64,000 bases of DNA from Gnetum montanum (taxonomy: Eukaryota; Plantae; Gnetophyta): positions 140,251 to 204,250 of the forward strand of contig MNCI01000775.1 of NCBI GenBank assembly GCA_015680685.1, read 5' to 3'. Position numbers and translations under genes: made by a program. The notes below the pieces were generated by a model, which made no database searches, had not been told where the DNA came from, and was given only the letters and a program-made list of their open reading frames with translations. Positions 24,911 through 39,666 of this stretch are shown here, piece after piece. The stretch's first letter is position 1. Every line of letters starts with the position of its first letter.

Positions 24911-26470
24911 TTGATAACCCAGTAGCATTAAATGTGTTCAGGATATGTACAAAAAGTGAGAACAAATGCTTATGTTAGGATTAGTTAGGTGTAGCAAGTT
25001 AGAATCAATTAGCAATTTAATTATTTTATTTTATACATTATTCTTTACCCTTATGTGACTTGGAGTATAAAATGTAAAAATGATAAAAATCATATGCCTT
25101 AGTTGCACTTAACCATGCCTTGCATTTTACAAGAATAATTGGGAAGACAATGATTGCAATGGTTAGTTTCACTTCCTAGAGACTAGTTTACTTAGAAGAC
25201 TACAAGTTCCTAAAATTCAACCAGATCATGCATAAATACATAGTGATTCATATGTTTAACCATAGCATCTACTCACTGCTCATCATCATTTGTACTCATA
25301 ATAATATAGATGCAATGAAAAACTTTCAAGTGAAAAAAATTCCCCAAAATCTCCTCATCATTATCTTAAATTTACTATTTTTTCTTCAATTCATCATATT
25401 TTACTACAATAAATGTACAACTTGTAGTTTTACAAAAGAAATTTCTTAGGATTTTCAAATAACAGTAGCTAATATATTGGCCTACAATAAAAATAAGCTA
25501 GATTTGACTAATGATCTTTGATCTATAACTACTCAAATGTACATTAAGAAGAGGCTTACTTGTAAAGAATATTGATTTGATGCCAATTATTTCATAACTT
25601 GTAAAGATATTTTAGCTTCAAATTTATATGTTTCAATGCTAGAGAATTATAGAAATCTTATTTTATTTTTTAAAAAAATGAAGTTCATTAAAGAAAATAG
25701 GAAAGAATGATTAGTGAGCTCAAATCTAATTCAAAAAGCATTTGGAATTTCTTCTAAGATAGAAAAAAATGATTGAAATTTTTCTTTATCTACTATTCAA
25801 ATTTTTTAATAACCTTTTTAATCAAGAGGCTCCCCCTACTATGCAACATAACTCTATTGTTCTTGAGTTATTCCTTTATGATGTTTGAATAGAAATTTAA
25901 AGGTTATCTCTTGGTAAAGGTGCTAATTTTAATGGATTTTATATAGATATTCTTAACTAGGATGGTTCATTAGTGTGGAAAGCAACTTTTAATCTTCTTA
26001 ATAAAGGGATTCAACATGGTTTGGATTGCCCTTGGTATTATGGTAAACAATTCCTAATTTTTGACAATGCAGATAGGTTAAATCTTAATAATTATCAATT
26101 AATTTCAATCACTAAGTTGTTGGGCACTATCTTGAAAAATAAAATTATTTCATGGGTAGAAATGTAAGGTCTTCATTCTCAATTGCAAGTAGCCTTTATG
26201 TCACAACCTAGAAATTTACATAAATTTAATTATTTAATTTAATTTATATGATTAATTCTTTACTGCTATGAGATGCATTTCAATAGATTAGCATATGGTT
26301 ATTATTATCATTATTTTTGTTGTTGTTGTTAGTTTCCTACATAAGTAAATGTAATTTACTTGCTAGGGTACTTTGTTAATGTTTTGTATCCTTTATTTTG
26401 CTACTACTAGAGCTTAGTCATAGGTCATCTAAATATTTTATGATTAAATGTTGAAGTCCAATTACCACTA

Positions 26471-28111
26471 AAAGTGTTTCTTTTTGTTAATTATCATTTC
26501 TTTACAAGTATTGGATTATGAAAATTTTATTCTTTACACACATTTAGTTATGTATATTCAATTTTTATTATGCACATTTAATTATGCATGGTTATATAAT
26601 ACTCTATTCATGCAGCAAGTTTAAACTCTAACCCTACTCAAAACATATCCCTTGTTGCTTTTGTTATTAAACTAGGATTTGGAGTTCATTTTTAATTATA
26701 ATTAAATATGGCATAAATTGTCTTTGTTAAGGAAGTACCTTAGGATGATGTCCTCTCTAAAATCTAACATTACCAATGTGTTTAGAATTTTCAAAAATGT
26801 AGGTTTTGATCCTGGGTTTAGTAAAATCAAAGTTACAATTCTTGAGATACCACATTTTGTAGTTTGCTACAATAACATAAAAGTTTTGACATTTGAACTA
26901 GGTGAATATAATAAGTAATCTCTAGATATTATTTCAGCATACAATTAGGTAGAGCACTTGATAAGATCTTCATAGGTTTACATGGAATTTAATTTGGAGT
27001 CCTAACGTACATTTTCTTCTTCTTTATTAAGCCAATTTGATCTTGGTTTCTTCCATTATTTTCTTTATAAATAGGTTGAGGCCTTAGATACATTTTTTTG
27101 TAGGTTATTAGTCAATCCAATAACCTTTTATGATGGCTAACCATGAACTTTGGAAAAGAATTCAATATAAAATACATCATGATTAGCATGCTCAAAAGTT
27201 TTTGAAGCTAGTCCAAGATGATAATGTTTCAAATTTTAGTAAATTAGATGACTTTCTCATGTTCAAACCAATAAGAATCTATGTTCTAGANAAAGTGTTT
27301 CTTTTTGTTAATTATCATTTCTTTACAAGTATTGGATTATGAAAATTTTATTCTTTACACACATTTAGTTATGTATATTCAATTTTTATTATGCACATTT
27401 AATTATGCATGGTTATATAATACTCTATTCATGCAGCAAGTTTAAACTCTAACCCTACTCAAAACATATCCCTTGTTGCTTTTGTTATTAAACTAGGATT
27501 TGGAGTTCATTTTTAATTATAATTAAATATGGCATAAATTGTCTTTGTTAAGGAAGTACCTTAGGATGATGTCCTCTCTAAAATCTAACATTACCAATGT
27601 GTTTAGAATTTTCAAAAATGTAGGTTTTGATCCTGGGTTTAGTAAAATCAAAGTTACAATTCTTGAGATACCACATTTTGTAGTTTGCTACAATAACATA
27701 AAAGTTTTGACATTTGAACTAGGTGAATATAATAAGTAATCTCTAGATATTATTTCAGCATACAATTAGGTAGAGCACTTGATAAGATCTTCATAGGTTT
27801 ACATGGAATTTAATTTGGAGTCCTAACGTACATTTTCTTCTTCTTTATTAAGCCAATTTGATCTTGGTTTCTTCCATTATTTTCTTTATAAATAGGTTGA
27901 GGCCTTAGATACATTTTTTTGTAGGTTATTAGTCAATCCAATAACCTTTTATGATGGCTAACCATGAACTTTGGAAAAGAATTCAATATAAAATACATCA
28001 TGATTAGCATGCTCAAAAGTTTTTGAAGCTAGTCCAAGATGATAATGTTTCAAATTTTAGTAAATTAGATGACTTTCTCATGTTCAAACCAATAAGAATC
28101 TATGTTCTAGA
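26471..28111. repeat. Identical 820-bp direct duplication joined by a single N (likely assembly artefact)
   Basis: 26471-27290 matches 27292-28111 with N at 27291. Identical ORFs at 26718 and 27539 are offset by 821. Confidence 0.9.
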
Positions 28112-31100
28112 TTAGGGTTCTTTGCATTCTTAAATCATTGATGAATATCATAGCACTTTCTAAGTAGTTCATTCGGAACATAAAAGAAATATGGCACTAA
28201 TGGCACACAACATCTATTAATCAAATTTAGAAGTTGATATGGCTAACTTTATGTGAAGCTATCTAGTATGCTACCAAGAGAAGAGTTTGAATGAAAGATC
28301 AAGGGGCTTGCTTTACTTCTTGGAAATTCTATAGCTTTCAAGAATATCTATTTCCATGGATGTTATTACAAGGCTCCTCATTGTAAAAATATTTTCTAGG
28401 ATTCTTGTAGTGGTGAAAATGTTTTCCAAGTATGTGGTGTAGAAAAACCTCTTCCAATTTCCTTTTTCTCTTCCCTATTTGTGGTTTTTACAAATTTTTA
28501 ACTCTATGAAGATGTATTAAAGGTTAAGGAGATGTCCTATTCAAGAGCTCAAACTTCACAGGAGACATCTCTACTAAAAGCTAAGTCTTCAAAGAAAATG
28601 TCTTATAACTTATGGAGATGTCTTCCAAACTAGTGTGATGTCTTGGTTAAAACATATTAACTAGAAGGAAACATCTCACCCATAAAGGAGACGTCTTCTA
28701 AACTCAAGGAACATCGTTTCCAATACTCTAATTTTGTCAAAAAATAATCCAAAGAGGTTAAAGATTATCCATACAATTTGAAAAAATTTTAGAATTTTCC
28801 ATTTTAATTATAGAAATAGCCAAATTGATGGAGACAAATATGAAAATAATGTGGAATATTCAAGTTATTCTTTTGGAAGGTTTCCTAAGTATCTTGTCAT
28901 ATTTTTCTAATAGATATTAGTGTGTTCATGTTTGTATGTCTAAAAAATGATAAGATGACATGAAAGTTGAAGTCTTGAGCATCAATAAGAGTCTAAGAGA
29001 GCACATTGAGGAAGTGAAAATGTGGTTGTAGCTCTAAGGCTAATTATGTGATGTATTGGGTTGTGTATGCTAGTCTTGCTTGTGAGTTAAGACCTCAATC
29101 TCAGATTGTATGAGAAATTTTCCATTGGTTATGTCTTCCATTGAGAACAACCATTGTATGGTTGTAGATCCTCATGCTTGCAACATCATTTGAGCATTTG
29201 GAAGGGATTGTTTGGATGTTTTCTTGGGTTGTGGAACTCTAATGTAATCTTCTTTTTAATAATTAAATATACCTACTTTTCTTTCTTTCTAGCATATGTT
29301 TTTATGTTTTCATAATATCTAGATTTAGTATGTTTAAAGATGTTTTTCGATTATAGTGAACCTACTCCATTATTTCATTTTTATTTTGTGTGCAACACCT
29401 TGCATGACTAAGAATGTGACATTCTTGTTCATTGATCATGTTATTTCTTACTTTGAGTTATTAACCAGCATTATGTTTAATTAGGACTCTTATTTCATAG
29501 GATATTTTTGGAAAAATATTTTCAAGGTTATGTGCATAAAGTTGCAGATGTCTTTGGGGTATCATTTCCAAATTCATGATCAAATGGAATATGTGAATTG
29601 GATTTTGAAAGATTATTTACAACATTTCATTGAGTTTGATCAAATCAACTAGGTAACCTTGCTACTTGTGGTACATTTCAACTATAATATTCAAAATTAT
29701 TTCACCAAAAGATTTTGTGGAGTAGAGTTGGCATTAAGAAGGCAACTAATAGTACCTTAACTATTATAAAAACTCATGTGAATGTCAAAATCCTTTAACA
29801 AATGAGTTCATGAAGTATCAAATGGAGAGAATCCAATTGACTAGATTGTACCTAAAAAATCTTTTAAGCATATTAAAAAAGTATGCTGATAGCAAGTGTA
29901 TATCATTGAAATTTCAAGTTGACAAATGAGCTTTCTTGAAAATGCATTATGTGGGAAAAATTAGAATGAAAACAAGTACTAGTTAAAATTTTCTTAAGCA
30001 TTATGATGGATCACTCATAATGGTTGCTTATGTCAACTGAGTTACATACAAGCTATAGTTGCTAGTGTGTCTTGTAAAGGATCATTTGGTCTTCCATGTC
30101 TCCATGCTAAAGAAGTTCAATATTTAAGATGTTAATATAATTCAAATGTAGTCCTAAGTGGTTCTAAATATTAAGATTACAAAACGGTGATAGATACATG
30201 CCATAATCAGTATGCATAGAACTAGATGTGCTCCTAATTTGAAGATGAAGTTTTTAGTGCACTAGAAAAGCACATCCTCATAGGAGAACACTTAGAGGAA
30301 TTGGCATACTCTTAAGCACAATAAAACATGCATTACAAAATTCTGAACAAATAATCACATTGATCTACCTTTATAGATCTATGAGAATGGTTGAGTTGGC
30401 ATTACCACTTCTTGATGGGAGTCATAGTATTTTGGAGTCATAGTGTTACTTGTAAATAGTAATAAAAGAAAATGTGGGACAAGCTACATGATTCTAAGTG
30501 GATTTAAGACATCAGTTTGAAAGACAAATAACTAATGTGTTCCCTCTTCAACTAAGAATTTTGGTGATGCCACAATGAGGCTAAAGTCCTAAAAATCTTT
30601 GTTTGTGTTAGAGTTAGGCTATCACTAGACATGGAAAGTAGTTCCACTAATGTATAAAGTAGTCTTTTCTTGGACATATAGGATTAACTCTACATTCTCG
30701 TATTACTACCAAAGGTAGATAATCAGCTCATATGTTAAGCAATTCACTATCAAAGGTAGATAATCACTCTATATAATTAGCTTGTATCAATACCAAAGGT
30801 AGATAATTACTTTCTAGATAGAATGGTTGATACAAGTTTTATGAAAAAGAACCAACCTTTTCTTCCTTAACCCAAGTTACATGAACATCTATAAGCCTAT
30901 TTTTAATGTCAAGTTATGTTCAATATTCATGCTTTATACTTAAATAATCCTAGTCATTGGACCTTCTTATCCATAATTTTTGGATTAGCTTTTAATTGTT
31001 TGATTACCCTTGATATCTTATGTGCCCTCCACATTTGGAAAGTGAATAAACAAATACTTAGTATTTAAAGACATCACTTGTTTTAAGTAAGAAAGAGTGT

Positions 31101-34059
31101 AATAAAGCATTCCTTGGTGGTTTGAAGCTAAGGATGTTTCCCTTTGGAACTAGAAATAGAGAAGTGTAGAGATCCATACAAGTTTTGTGCTATCTTAATT
31201 ATCATCATAACAAACTACATTACTTTTATTTCTTGTGAACTATGTCATAAGGATAGGTAGGCTTCTTGGGAAGGCCTTAACCTCTTTAACTTGGGCACCA
31301 CTACTTCTCTAGGGAGCAGGGATTTAGGTCTAGATATGTTAGAGTATAAAAAAATCTTAGCTTTCTAAACAAAAATAATATCTCTATGTGTATGTAAGTA
31401 CTTTTAATGATTGTATGCACACATGTCTCTATGATCCTATAACTTATATGATTATTGGAATTATCTCTAATATGCCTTAACTATGATGCATGTTCATTGT
31501 GCTAGCTCATGTATATTTAATGTTCATTTTTAGCTATGCTTGCATGTCCCTAGATCCTATCTTTACCTAATGGACCTAAGCATACCATTTCAAATAAAAT
31601 AAAAAATGATTTTAATTTCATATCATAAGATAGAATAGTTGTGCTTATAGTTATAATATCAAGTAAGAGGTTGAGGGTTCAAGTCTTATTATCTATTTTT
31701 AACTATTAATATGGACATATACTTAAAATTTTTAGGAAGCCAAACCTTCATGATGCACTGTGATATATGCATGATTCATACTATCATGCATGGAAGTTAA
31801 CACACAATGAAGACATTTCCTATTATTATTGTGCCACACTCCTAACATATGAACTAATGTATGTGTAAACTTATGTTCTAATTATAGGTGCTATGATCTC
31901 AAATGCATTGTTCATCTTGAGTCTATCTTCCTTTCCTTCGTAATTCAAGACTTAAGAATGGTATCATATACTACTTCTAAGTATAGTAGTGTTACATTTA
32001 TTATTTTCATTTTAAACTTATATATTAAAATGATGTAAATGTTGTTAAGATTGGGGCCATCTATTAATTTACACCTAATTAAGCATAATAATAAAGCAAC
32101 AAAAAGTAACAAAAATAGAAATTCAATTACAAAATTAGAAGAGATACAAAAAGAACATAAAAAATTATATTGGAGAAACCATACAAAAATCCTAGCAATG
32201 GATTCAACTCCTAAAAATCCTTAGTTTAAACCAAGTATTACAAGAGAAGAGAACACATTCAATGGCAAAGTTCCTTGAATTATTCATCGCTTGCTCACTT
32301 TCTCACATGGTTACTATATTCCTTGCCTTTAATATTCTATTTTCATTACCCAATCCACTCACCCATTACTTATATATTAGTTTACATGCTAAACAAGGAT
32401 GATGGTAATAATCAAATAATATAAGTTAGGAATTTACAATAGGGCTTATATATGATAGGTTAGCTGCCAATAATAATTACACTTTATGGCACCCTCCTTG
32501 CTAACAACTAATTTCTCTTTTCGGTTTTCTCAAAGCATCTATTGTAACACTGTTCACTTAAGTTGACATCCTTAAAATTGGAAAGTTATTTCTTTCCATG
32601 ATGTTTTAGAAGATTTCTACTTAGTGATTAAGCATGTGATGTACTTTGAATTCTTTTTACTTATTTTTAATATTTTTTATCTCCTTCTCCCAACAAAATA
32701 TTACAGAATTTTTAAAAAATTTATAAGTTAGTGCTACTAGTAGGGGTTGTTAAAACTTGAAAGAATGACTATAAGTACACCATAAGATATATAGCCAATA
32801 ATAATGGAATATAGGACATGAAGCTAACAAATCCAAGATTTTTACCACTAATCTATATGCACCTTCAAGCCATGTAAAGGGGGTTAGACTCCAAAAAATA
32901 AATAATAATATAAAAAATTTAGAGTACATCATATAATAGAAGAGAGAGTATAAAAAAATCCTAATAGTTTTGGAGATTCCTTTTTAGGTTTTCATCCTTA
33001 CAAATAATCTTAAAAAACCTTTCCTCTAGGATAGGAAAAGGACAAGTCTTTGCTTCTTACTAAATGATTTTTTATAAAGAGAAGGATAAAAACCTCTCTA
33101 CAAATAAAAGAATATATTGATTAGACATTACTTAAAAATATCAACAAATGTTAAAATCTTCCCATCCTTGAGCCTCTAAAACATAGAAATTAATATTATG
33201 GAAAATAATTAATTATTTAGCTTTCATTGAGAGCTCTTTTGCTTGTATTTGTAACTAAAAAGAGAAATCTTTGAGAATCTAATATTTGAATTTTGAAAAA
33301 AGGTCATAATTATGCTCTTAATAATAGAAAATAACTACATACAAAATTTTCAAGTAGAGTAGAGAACAAGTAGTTGAAGACATTTTCAAATGCAAAACGA
33401 GAAAGTAGACAAAGTAGGTTGATCACCAAGAATGACTTCATTATTACTTGCTAGAAAGTTGTTATAAATTTTAGATGTCCATTTCCAAGCATGATAATCA
33501 ACATTTTACTAAGAAAAACATAAGAAAATCAGTATTTACTTCTACAAAGAGGACATTAAAGAGAAACCTTCCTCATATGTNCATTGGAGAAGTAAGAATA
33601 GAAATGGCCTGAGGAAAAAGAAGATAGTGAAGGAAGTTATTAGAAAACAAACTATTATCATTCTTAGGTTTTCATTGTATAAGTATATTTCTTAAAAGAA
33701 CCATCTAAACATTATCTCCATTAATGCACTATGAAATCCATTTTTCTACAAAAGAGATATCCTAGTTATAATAATTAATGAGGCTAAGTCCTCCCTCTTT
33801 CTTACTATTACTACAAATATCCCAAGTAACTCTAGAAAAACCATTTCTATGTTGCTTAGTAGACTAAAGAAACCAATAGATAATACAATAAATTTTATCA
33901 TAAAAAAGTTTTAGAATGAGCCCAAGAATTAAAGTAATAAACATAAGAATGAAGCATTTTCTTAATAACTAAAACTTTGTCAGCAAGGGTGAGCATTTTT
34001 TCTTTTCATTTATCAAGCTTTTTTCTAATTCTATCAACCATATAATTTCATAAAATAGT

Positions 34060-34492
34060 GTAGAATATTATATGGTGATAAATTTTAGGTAGTAAAAAAT
34101 ACACATGAATAACAAATTAGTGTAGCAAAAATGTGAAAGCCTCAATGAATGTTGAATGTTACTAGGAAAGATAAACTATATAATATAGACATTAGAGAAC
34201 TTGGAGAGGATTCTATTACATATAATCTAGAAGAATGGTGGCTTAGATGACTTGGACATGTGCAAATAAGATTAGATAATGAGCCTATAAAAAAATGTTT
34301 CTATATCATTGTTTTAGAAAAGCAACCAAAAGGAAGTTGAAAGAAGACATAGGAAAAAAACAATGTAAAATGATTTAAAGAAACTACAAATAAATAAAAT
34401 CTAGCTCTTCATATAGGCAAATGGTGAACATAATTTATGTATCCAAACCCATTTTTTTAGGATAAGGCTAAGATGATGATGATGATGATGAC
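34060..34492 (+). mobile_element. 5'-truncated RTE-clade LINE inserted in the L1
   Basis: Encodes MLNVTRKDKL.N.DIR...LR*LGHVQ (RTE C-terminus). Ends ACCCA...GGATAAGGCT plus a (GAT)n tail. Flanked by an 18-bp TSD ATAATTTCA(T/C)AAAATAGT at 34042-34059 and 34493-34510. Confidence 0.85.
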
Positions 34493-35098
34493 ATAATTTC
34501 ACAAAATAGTAATATTAGGCTCAAAAGAAAAAGAAATTTCTAAAAATTTTAAGAGAGAAATTTTTTCAAGATTTTACAAGGCTTGGGACTAACCCACTCA
34601 TCAATATTATTAGTACAATAAATAATAGATTTTTGTGAATTTATCTAAGAGTCAAATTACATGTAATAATCCTCCACACAAGCTAAAAGAGTATTGATAT
34701 GTTGTGAAGAATTGTTGATCATAAAACAAGTATCATTTGCAAAGTGCATGTGAAGCAATTACGTAAGTTTGTAGATTATCATGTGGATTATGTGAAAGAA
34801 TGTTTATAGTAATAATAAAAGGATAGAGAGTAAGAGGACAAACTTGAAAAACTAATCATTGAAGAGAGAATGAGGAAATTAATTACAAATTAGTAGCAAC
34901 CTAAGCATTAGCATCAATGAGCAAAGTACGAACAAGGTGAATAAAATAATCACCAAACCCTAATTTATAAAAATAAGAAATAATGAAATTTCATTTAATC
35001 CTATTATAAGATTTCACATAATCTAACTTAATAAAAGGGGATGTTGGAACCTCAAAATAATTATAATATATTTAAACCAAAACTTTATAACTCAACAT

Positions 35099-35168
35099 TA
35101 CCAATAAGAATTGAACCCATGATTTGAAGTTTTCAAATTAAACATCTTACCACTAGCCTAACACCTCA
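35099..35168 (-). mobile_element. Degenerate tRNA-derived SINE head or tRNA pseudogene
   Basis: Minus strand has an A-box-like TAGGCTAGTGG and a B-box GGTTCAATTC at tRNA-like spacing. No intact cloverleaf. Confidence 0.45.
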
Positions 35169-38112
35169 TTGTTATAACTTAATTTAATAAAAGAAATGTC
35201 TTGGTTATTATCAAAAGCCCACTACATTCCTTCTTAAGCTACAATAACATTATCTAAGATAGTTTTACCTTTAACAAAACTAGTATACATAAGTCTAATA
35301 TTACCTTTAATAACCTTCTAAATTTGACAAGTTATGCATTTAGCTAAAATTTTATAAATATTGTTAAGAAGAGTAATAACCCTCCAATTACTAATATGTG
35401 AAGATAATCATTCTTAGAAAGTAGATGAGTTATAATTTTATTGATATTTTATCAAGAGAAACTTTTTTAATGGCTTTTAATAAAATATGAAGACATCATC
35501 TTCAATGTTGTCCCAATGCTTCCTAAAAAATTTAATTGGAAAACCATCAAAACTTTGAGCTTTACCATCTACTAAACTAAATATTGTTACTTTTATTTCT
35601 TCCATTGTAATTTTTTCTTCAAGAATACTTTGATGAGATTATATTAAAACATGAAAAATATGGATACTAGAAACCTATAAGTATTTCTTGCAAAAACCTT
35701 TAAAAGAAAAAATAAAAGAAATTGATTTGCTAAAAATTTGTTAATAGTCTTAGGATCTTTAATGATAGAATTATTTATATAAATTGATTCTAGTTTAGAT
35801 ACTTAAATATTTTCTTTTTTAGAAATTTAAAAAATTCCTTGAATTCATCTTCAATTTTATCCAACACACTCAAGTTTTAGTAAGAGCACTTTTAGTTTCA
35901 AAAGCATCCAAACATTATTTAGGATAATGATCTTTAGCCAAGACCTTTTTTGTTACAAAATTGAAGGAACTCTAGTCTAAAAGAATTTTCATTTTCTTGA
36001 TAAATTCTATAAAATCTTATTCAACTTGACACTTACGTTTAACAAATTTCTTACTAAATAATCTAGCATATTTTTTGACTCTACAAGTAGTTCATTGCTA
36101 CTAGACAATCCAACCAATATCATCAACAGTCTTTTTTTCTTTTTTCATTCTTACATTTCATAAAGACTCTATAACATTTTTCCCGCTAGGTCCTCTAAAC
36201 ATATTAGCATTCATATGAAAAATCTCATTCTTTAGAAAGAAGAAAGAATTAATTCCATAAAGAAAAATGCTAATAGAAAAATGGTCTAATAGAGTAGCAT
36301 CTATATGTGATAAGGGTCACATCAATTTTGGACCAGTTGGATGTATTGTACATATTTTAGTGTGATCCAATCATAATCTTTACAGATGATATTGGCTAAA
36401 TTGCCAAGAACACTCGTTTATATTTTTTATTCCAATAAGTATAAAAGATATTATCATATATTTATGAAAAATAAAACCATGTGTTGCCATGGTGAGAGAG
36501 AGAAAATAATTATAATTTTATGTTCTATAATTTTTATGAATTTTATATTTCTAAGAAACAAAATAAACATAAACACACATGCATCATAATCCCTCTTGGG
36601 GGATTCTTAACTCATTTTCACCATTTTATGGAGCAAGAATATGAAATCAATAGATATGACAAGATTCTTTTAAAATATAAGGATAATAGAATATGCACTT
36701 GAGGACCATGAGTAATATTTCCTATCTAAGTTTTAGGAAAATAATCTATTTAGTGCTATTTTTTTTCAATACGACTATTATTTATTCACATGCAATTTTA
36801 GTTGGGAATATGAGATGGATTGATTTTTCTAGTTCTTAGTTTTGAGTTCTAATAGATACAACAGACAATCAACATTCTCTTTGCTTAAGGATAAATTCAT
36901 CACTTAAGATAATCCTATTACAAGGTCAATGTGTTTAAGTTCTAGTGGAAGCAATTAATCTAAAATGTGCATTTTAGACAACAAGCCATGACTAGAATAT
37001 CAATGATTGGATAGTTTAAAGTTTGAGAAATGCCTTGTAATGATATCATGAGAAATCCCTTGTAATGAACTATTGAATTACTAATTTAGAAAATGGAAAA
37101 ATAGTTTAACAAGGCTAGCTATTATTATGAAATCATATTCTAAGTTACTAGAGAAACAACAAATATCAGAAGTCAAAATTCTTGCCCTAAGTAATAAAAA
37201 AAATGATTAACTCACTCTCATACATTTCTATTGCTGAGGACACCAAGCTCATCATTTTCCATTGCATAGATGGATAGATTCTCTTACTTCTAAAGATGAA
37301 TTTCTTGAAAAATGAGTTCGTGTAGTCTATGAAGACACAAACATATGCACATAGTACTCTAATGAGATGTATCAGTTTAAAGGTAAACAAAGCACCCAAT
37401 GGTAATAAGGGCAAAGCACTAACTTCACGATGGATAACCATAGTTGGGAGCTTCCTATATGTGATATTGTCTACTTGGATGATTGCTATGTATAGCATTT
37501 GTTCAAATAAAAACAACAAATTTTCACTAGTTACACAACTATCCTAGCGTGCGGTAGTGTTAGCAACAAGTTTGAGGCAAGGCCAAAAACATAGAAGGAT
37601 GAACTAACAACTAAATGGTGGTTCAATTCATCATAAAGAGGGTTAACGTGATACCCTAAAAATGAATTGGATAAATTAAACAAGTAAATATATAGTCCCA
37701 ATCTCAATGTTAATGGTAATGACAAAGGCAACATCAACATAAGAGACTATGATAGTTGAAAATGTGACTACAAACTTTCAACAGCAATGGAGCTAGGAGC
37801 ACCAATAGTTGTTAGACAAGAACGAGCTAATAGGTGCAGCTTAAAGAATTTCTAAGCAACTCTATAATTGACAAAACATGCATCAACATGCTATGGATTC
37901 TAAATAGGGCTATGCTCTAAGCATGTACTTGCTCATTATGATGATACCATCTTTACACCAATTACATGCCAACAGATAAGGTATCAAAAGTAACATAACA
38001 ACTACAAATCCTCACATTCATACCACATCAGAGAAAATCACATTTCATTTTTAAGTTAAAATCTTGGGTGGAACATAGTTAAAAACATTATATATATATA
38101 TATATATATATA

Positions 38113-39641
38113 TATTAGTGATCACATTGTGATAATATAAGTTTGAAAAAGGTAATACATGTACATTTGGCAAGGCTACGATTTAGAAAGGGGGATCTAT
38201 AGATCTTTATTTATTTGAAGCTAGATTTTCCATAAAGTTTGTACAAAAGCACAACTAAATCTCTGAAATGTTTGCATTTGAAAGGACACATGCCAATAAT
38301 GGCATGTATTTCTCCAATTTTTGTTTCTTATGGTAACCTCTATGATATTTTTTACTAAGAAAACACTTTGTAACCATAGCTCAAATCTCTAAAAATTCCC
38401 ATGGAAGTTATAACTTCTAGGGTGGTTACAAATTAATATTCCTAGATATTTGTAATACCCTCATGATTATTGTAACTACCTAAGGTCCCTATATAAGGAT
38501 TTCAAAGGTAGAATTGGAGAGATTTTGGAGGAATAAAAGAGAAATTCAGATTATTTGTAAAATGGTTTGCTAAAGACATCAATTCAGATGCTTTGTTTTA
38601 ATCTTTTGAGTTCATTTCCTCCCATTTTCTTTTAGTTACTTAGCTAATGTTTTAAATACTATCATAATTAGAATTTGTTTGGGATTTTTCCCAAGTTAAT
38701 TTTATGGCTCTATTTTTGTTCAATATTAGACTTCTATTAAGATTTTCCATAAAGAGCTTATGTTGTTTGAAAGCATCTAGAGCAATTAAATAGTAATGTC
38801 TTAATGAAATTTCCAGTTTTGAACATAGAGAATCTAGGAAAATCTTTGGTATTTTAAGACAACTACAATAGCTTCATTTTTTTAAAGTGTATTACCTTAG
38901 TATTTCAATCCTAAAATTGTCAAATTTTTTAAGGCTTTGTTGAATGCAATCTTTGACAACTATTAACTAGCCAAAATAGAGATGTGTACTTTGTTATTTA
39001 CACAGCATTTTTAGTAGTATAATAAGATTTTCTTTATGAAAGTGCTTGTTAACCTAAGAGGGTTTGGATAATTTATAGTTAGACTGAATTGGAATAGCTT
39101 TATTGCAAATTTTTTCCTCATATCAATTTATCTTACTTAAATATTTATAATTATACACAAATCTACCTTCTTTTCTTTCTCTTTCAAAGTCCATTGAATC
39201 TTGCTCTATTTCTAGTTTTCTTGTGGAATTTTCTCTCTAGGAGAAAATGGGGGTAGATTGGAAGAATTATGCTCAAATGTTTCTATAAAATTTTATTTGT
39301 TGCAAGTAATGTACTATAGGGACTATATAGACTAAGTTATTAGACAAAATTGGAATACCCAAAAACTTAGTATTTGACAAAGATAACTAAATCCATTTTA
39401 TGACAGCTAATTACCATTTTATACATAACCCAACCATTTCAACATTTGTAGTAGCAAAATCATACTTACAATTAAGTTATTTTATAACTACTAAGTCTAT
39501 CTGAAGGTATCTAAGCCTTGGTATTATTAGAGACTAGCAAGTACTTAAACCCTATTTGAAGAACATCTTCAATTCCATTACCTTAAAGGTCATAAGATAG
39601 AAGGCCCTCACAATGTTTGTAGTTCCAAATGATTATCAATA
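38113..39641 (+). mobile_element. 5' LTR of element B1 (~1.53 kb)
   Basis: Starts TATTAGTGATC (decayed TGTTGGCGACC, the inverted repeat of the GGTCGCCAACA end) right after a (TA)n tract. CTATATAAG at ~38489. Followed by a PBS. Confidence 0.8.
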
Positions 39642-39648
39642 GTTCTTT

Positions 39649-39666
39649 TGGCACTAAAAGGAGGGC
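39649..39666 (+). promoter_or_regulatory. PBS tRNA-Asn (B1), degenerate
   Basis: TGGCACTAAAAGGAGGGC versus TGGCGCTAGAAGGAGGGC. Confidence 0.8.

Larger units (their letters stand above)
32500..38090 (-). mobile_element. Highly degenerate L1-clade LINE (ORF2 endonuclease/RT and 5' region)
   Basis: Minus-strand remnants in the expected order: DICCF (~37150), CIY (~36860), LDH (~36365), DH (~36285), DGKAQSFDGFPIKFFRKHWD (~35510-35570; KAPGPDGF-like), NWR (~35385), QxCPLTxYxF (~34820-34860) and HMHFAND (~34732-34752; FADD-like). Left boundary approximate. Confidence 0.75.

Noticed and set aside
26471-28111. Perfect 820-bp tandem duplication with twin 66-aa ORFs
   Set aside because: The copies look identical in very old DNA and are joined by a single N, typical of overlapping contig ends rather than biology.
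28520-28720. Loose GGAGAYRTCT repeats (and three AAAGGTAGATAAT units at 30706-30810)
   Set aside because: Short degenerate repeats typical of old TE fragments, with no further structure to support a call.
29560-30440. Possible DNA-transposase remnants (ELALRR; SCKGSFGLPCLH SWIM-like)
   Set aside because: Isolated short motifs with no continuous frame or TIRs; not supportable by eye.
32040-32510. Possible short solo LTR (TGTTGTTAAG...CTAACAAC)
   Set aside because: Imperfect termini, no clear TSD and no second copy in the window.
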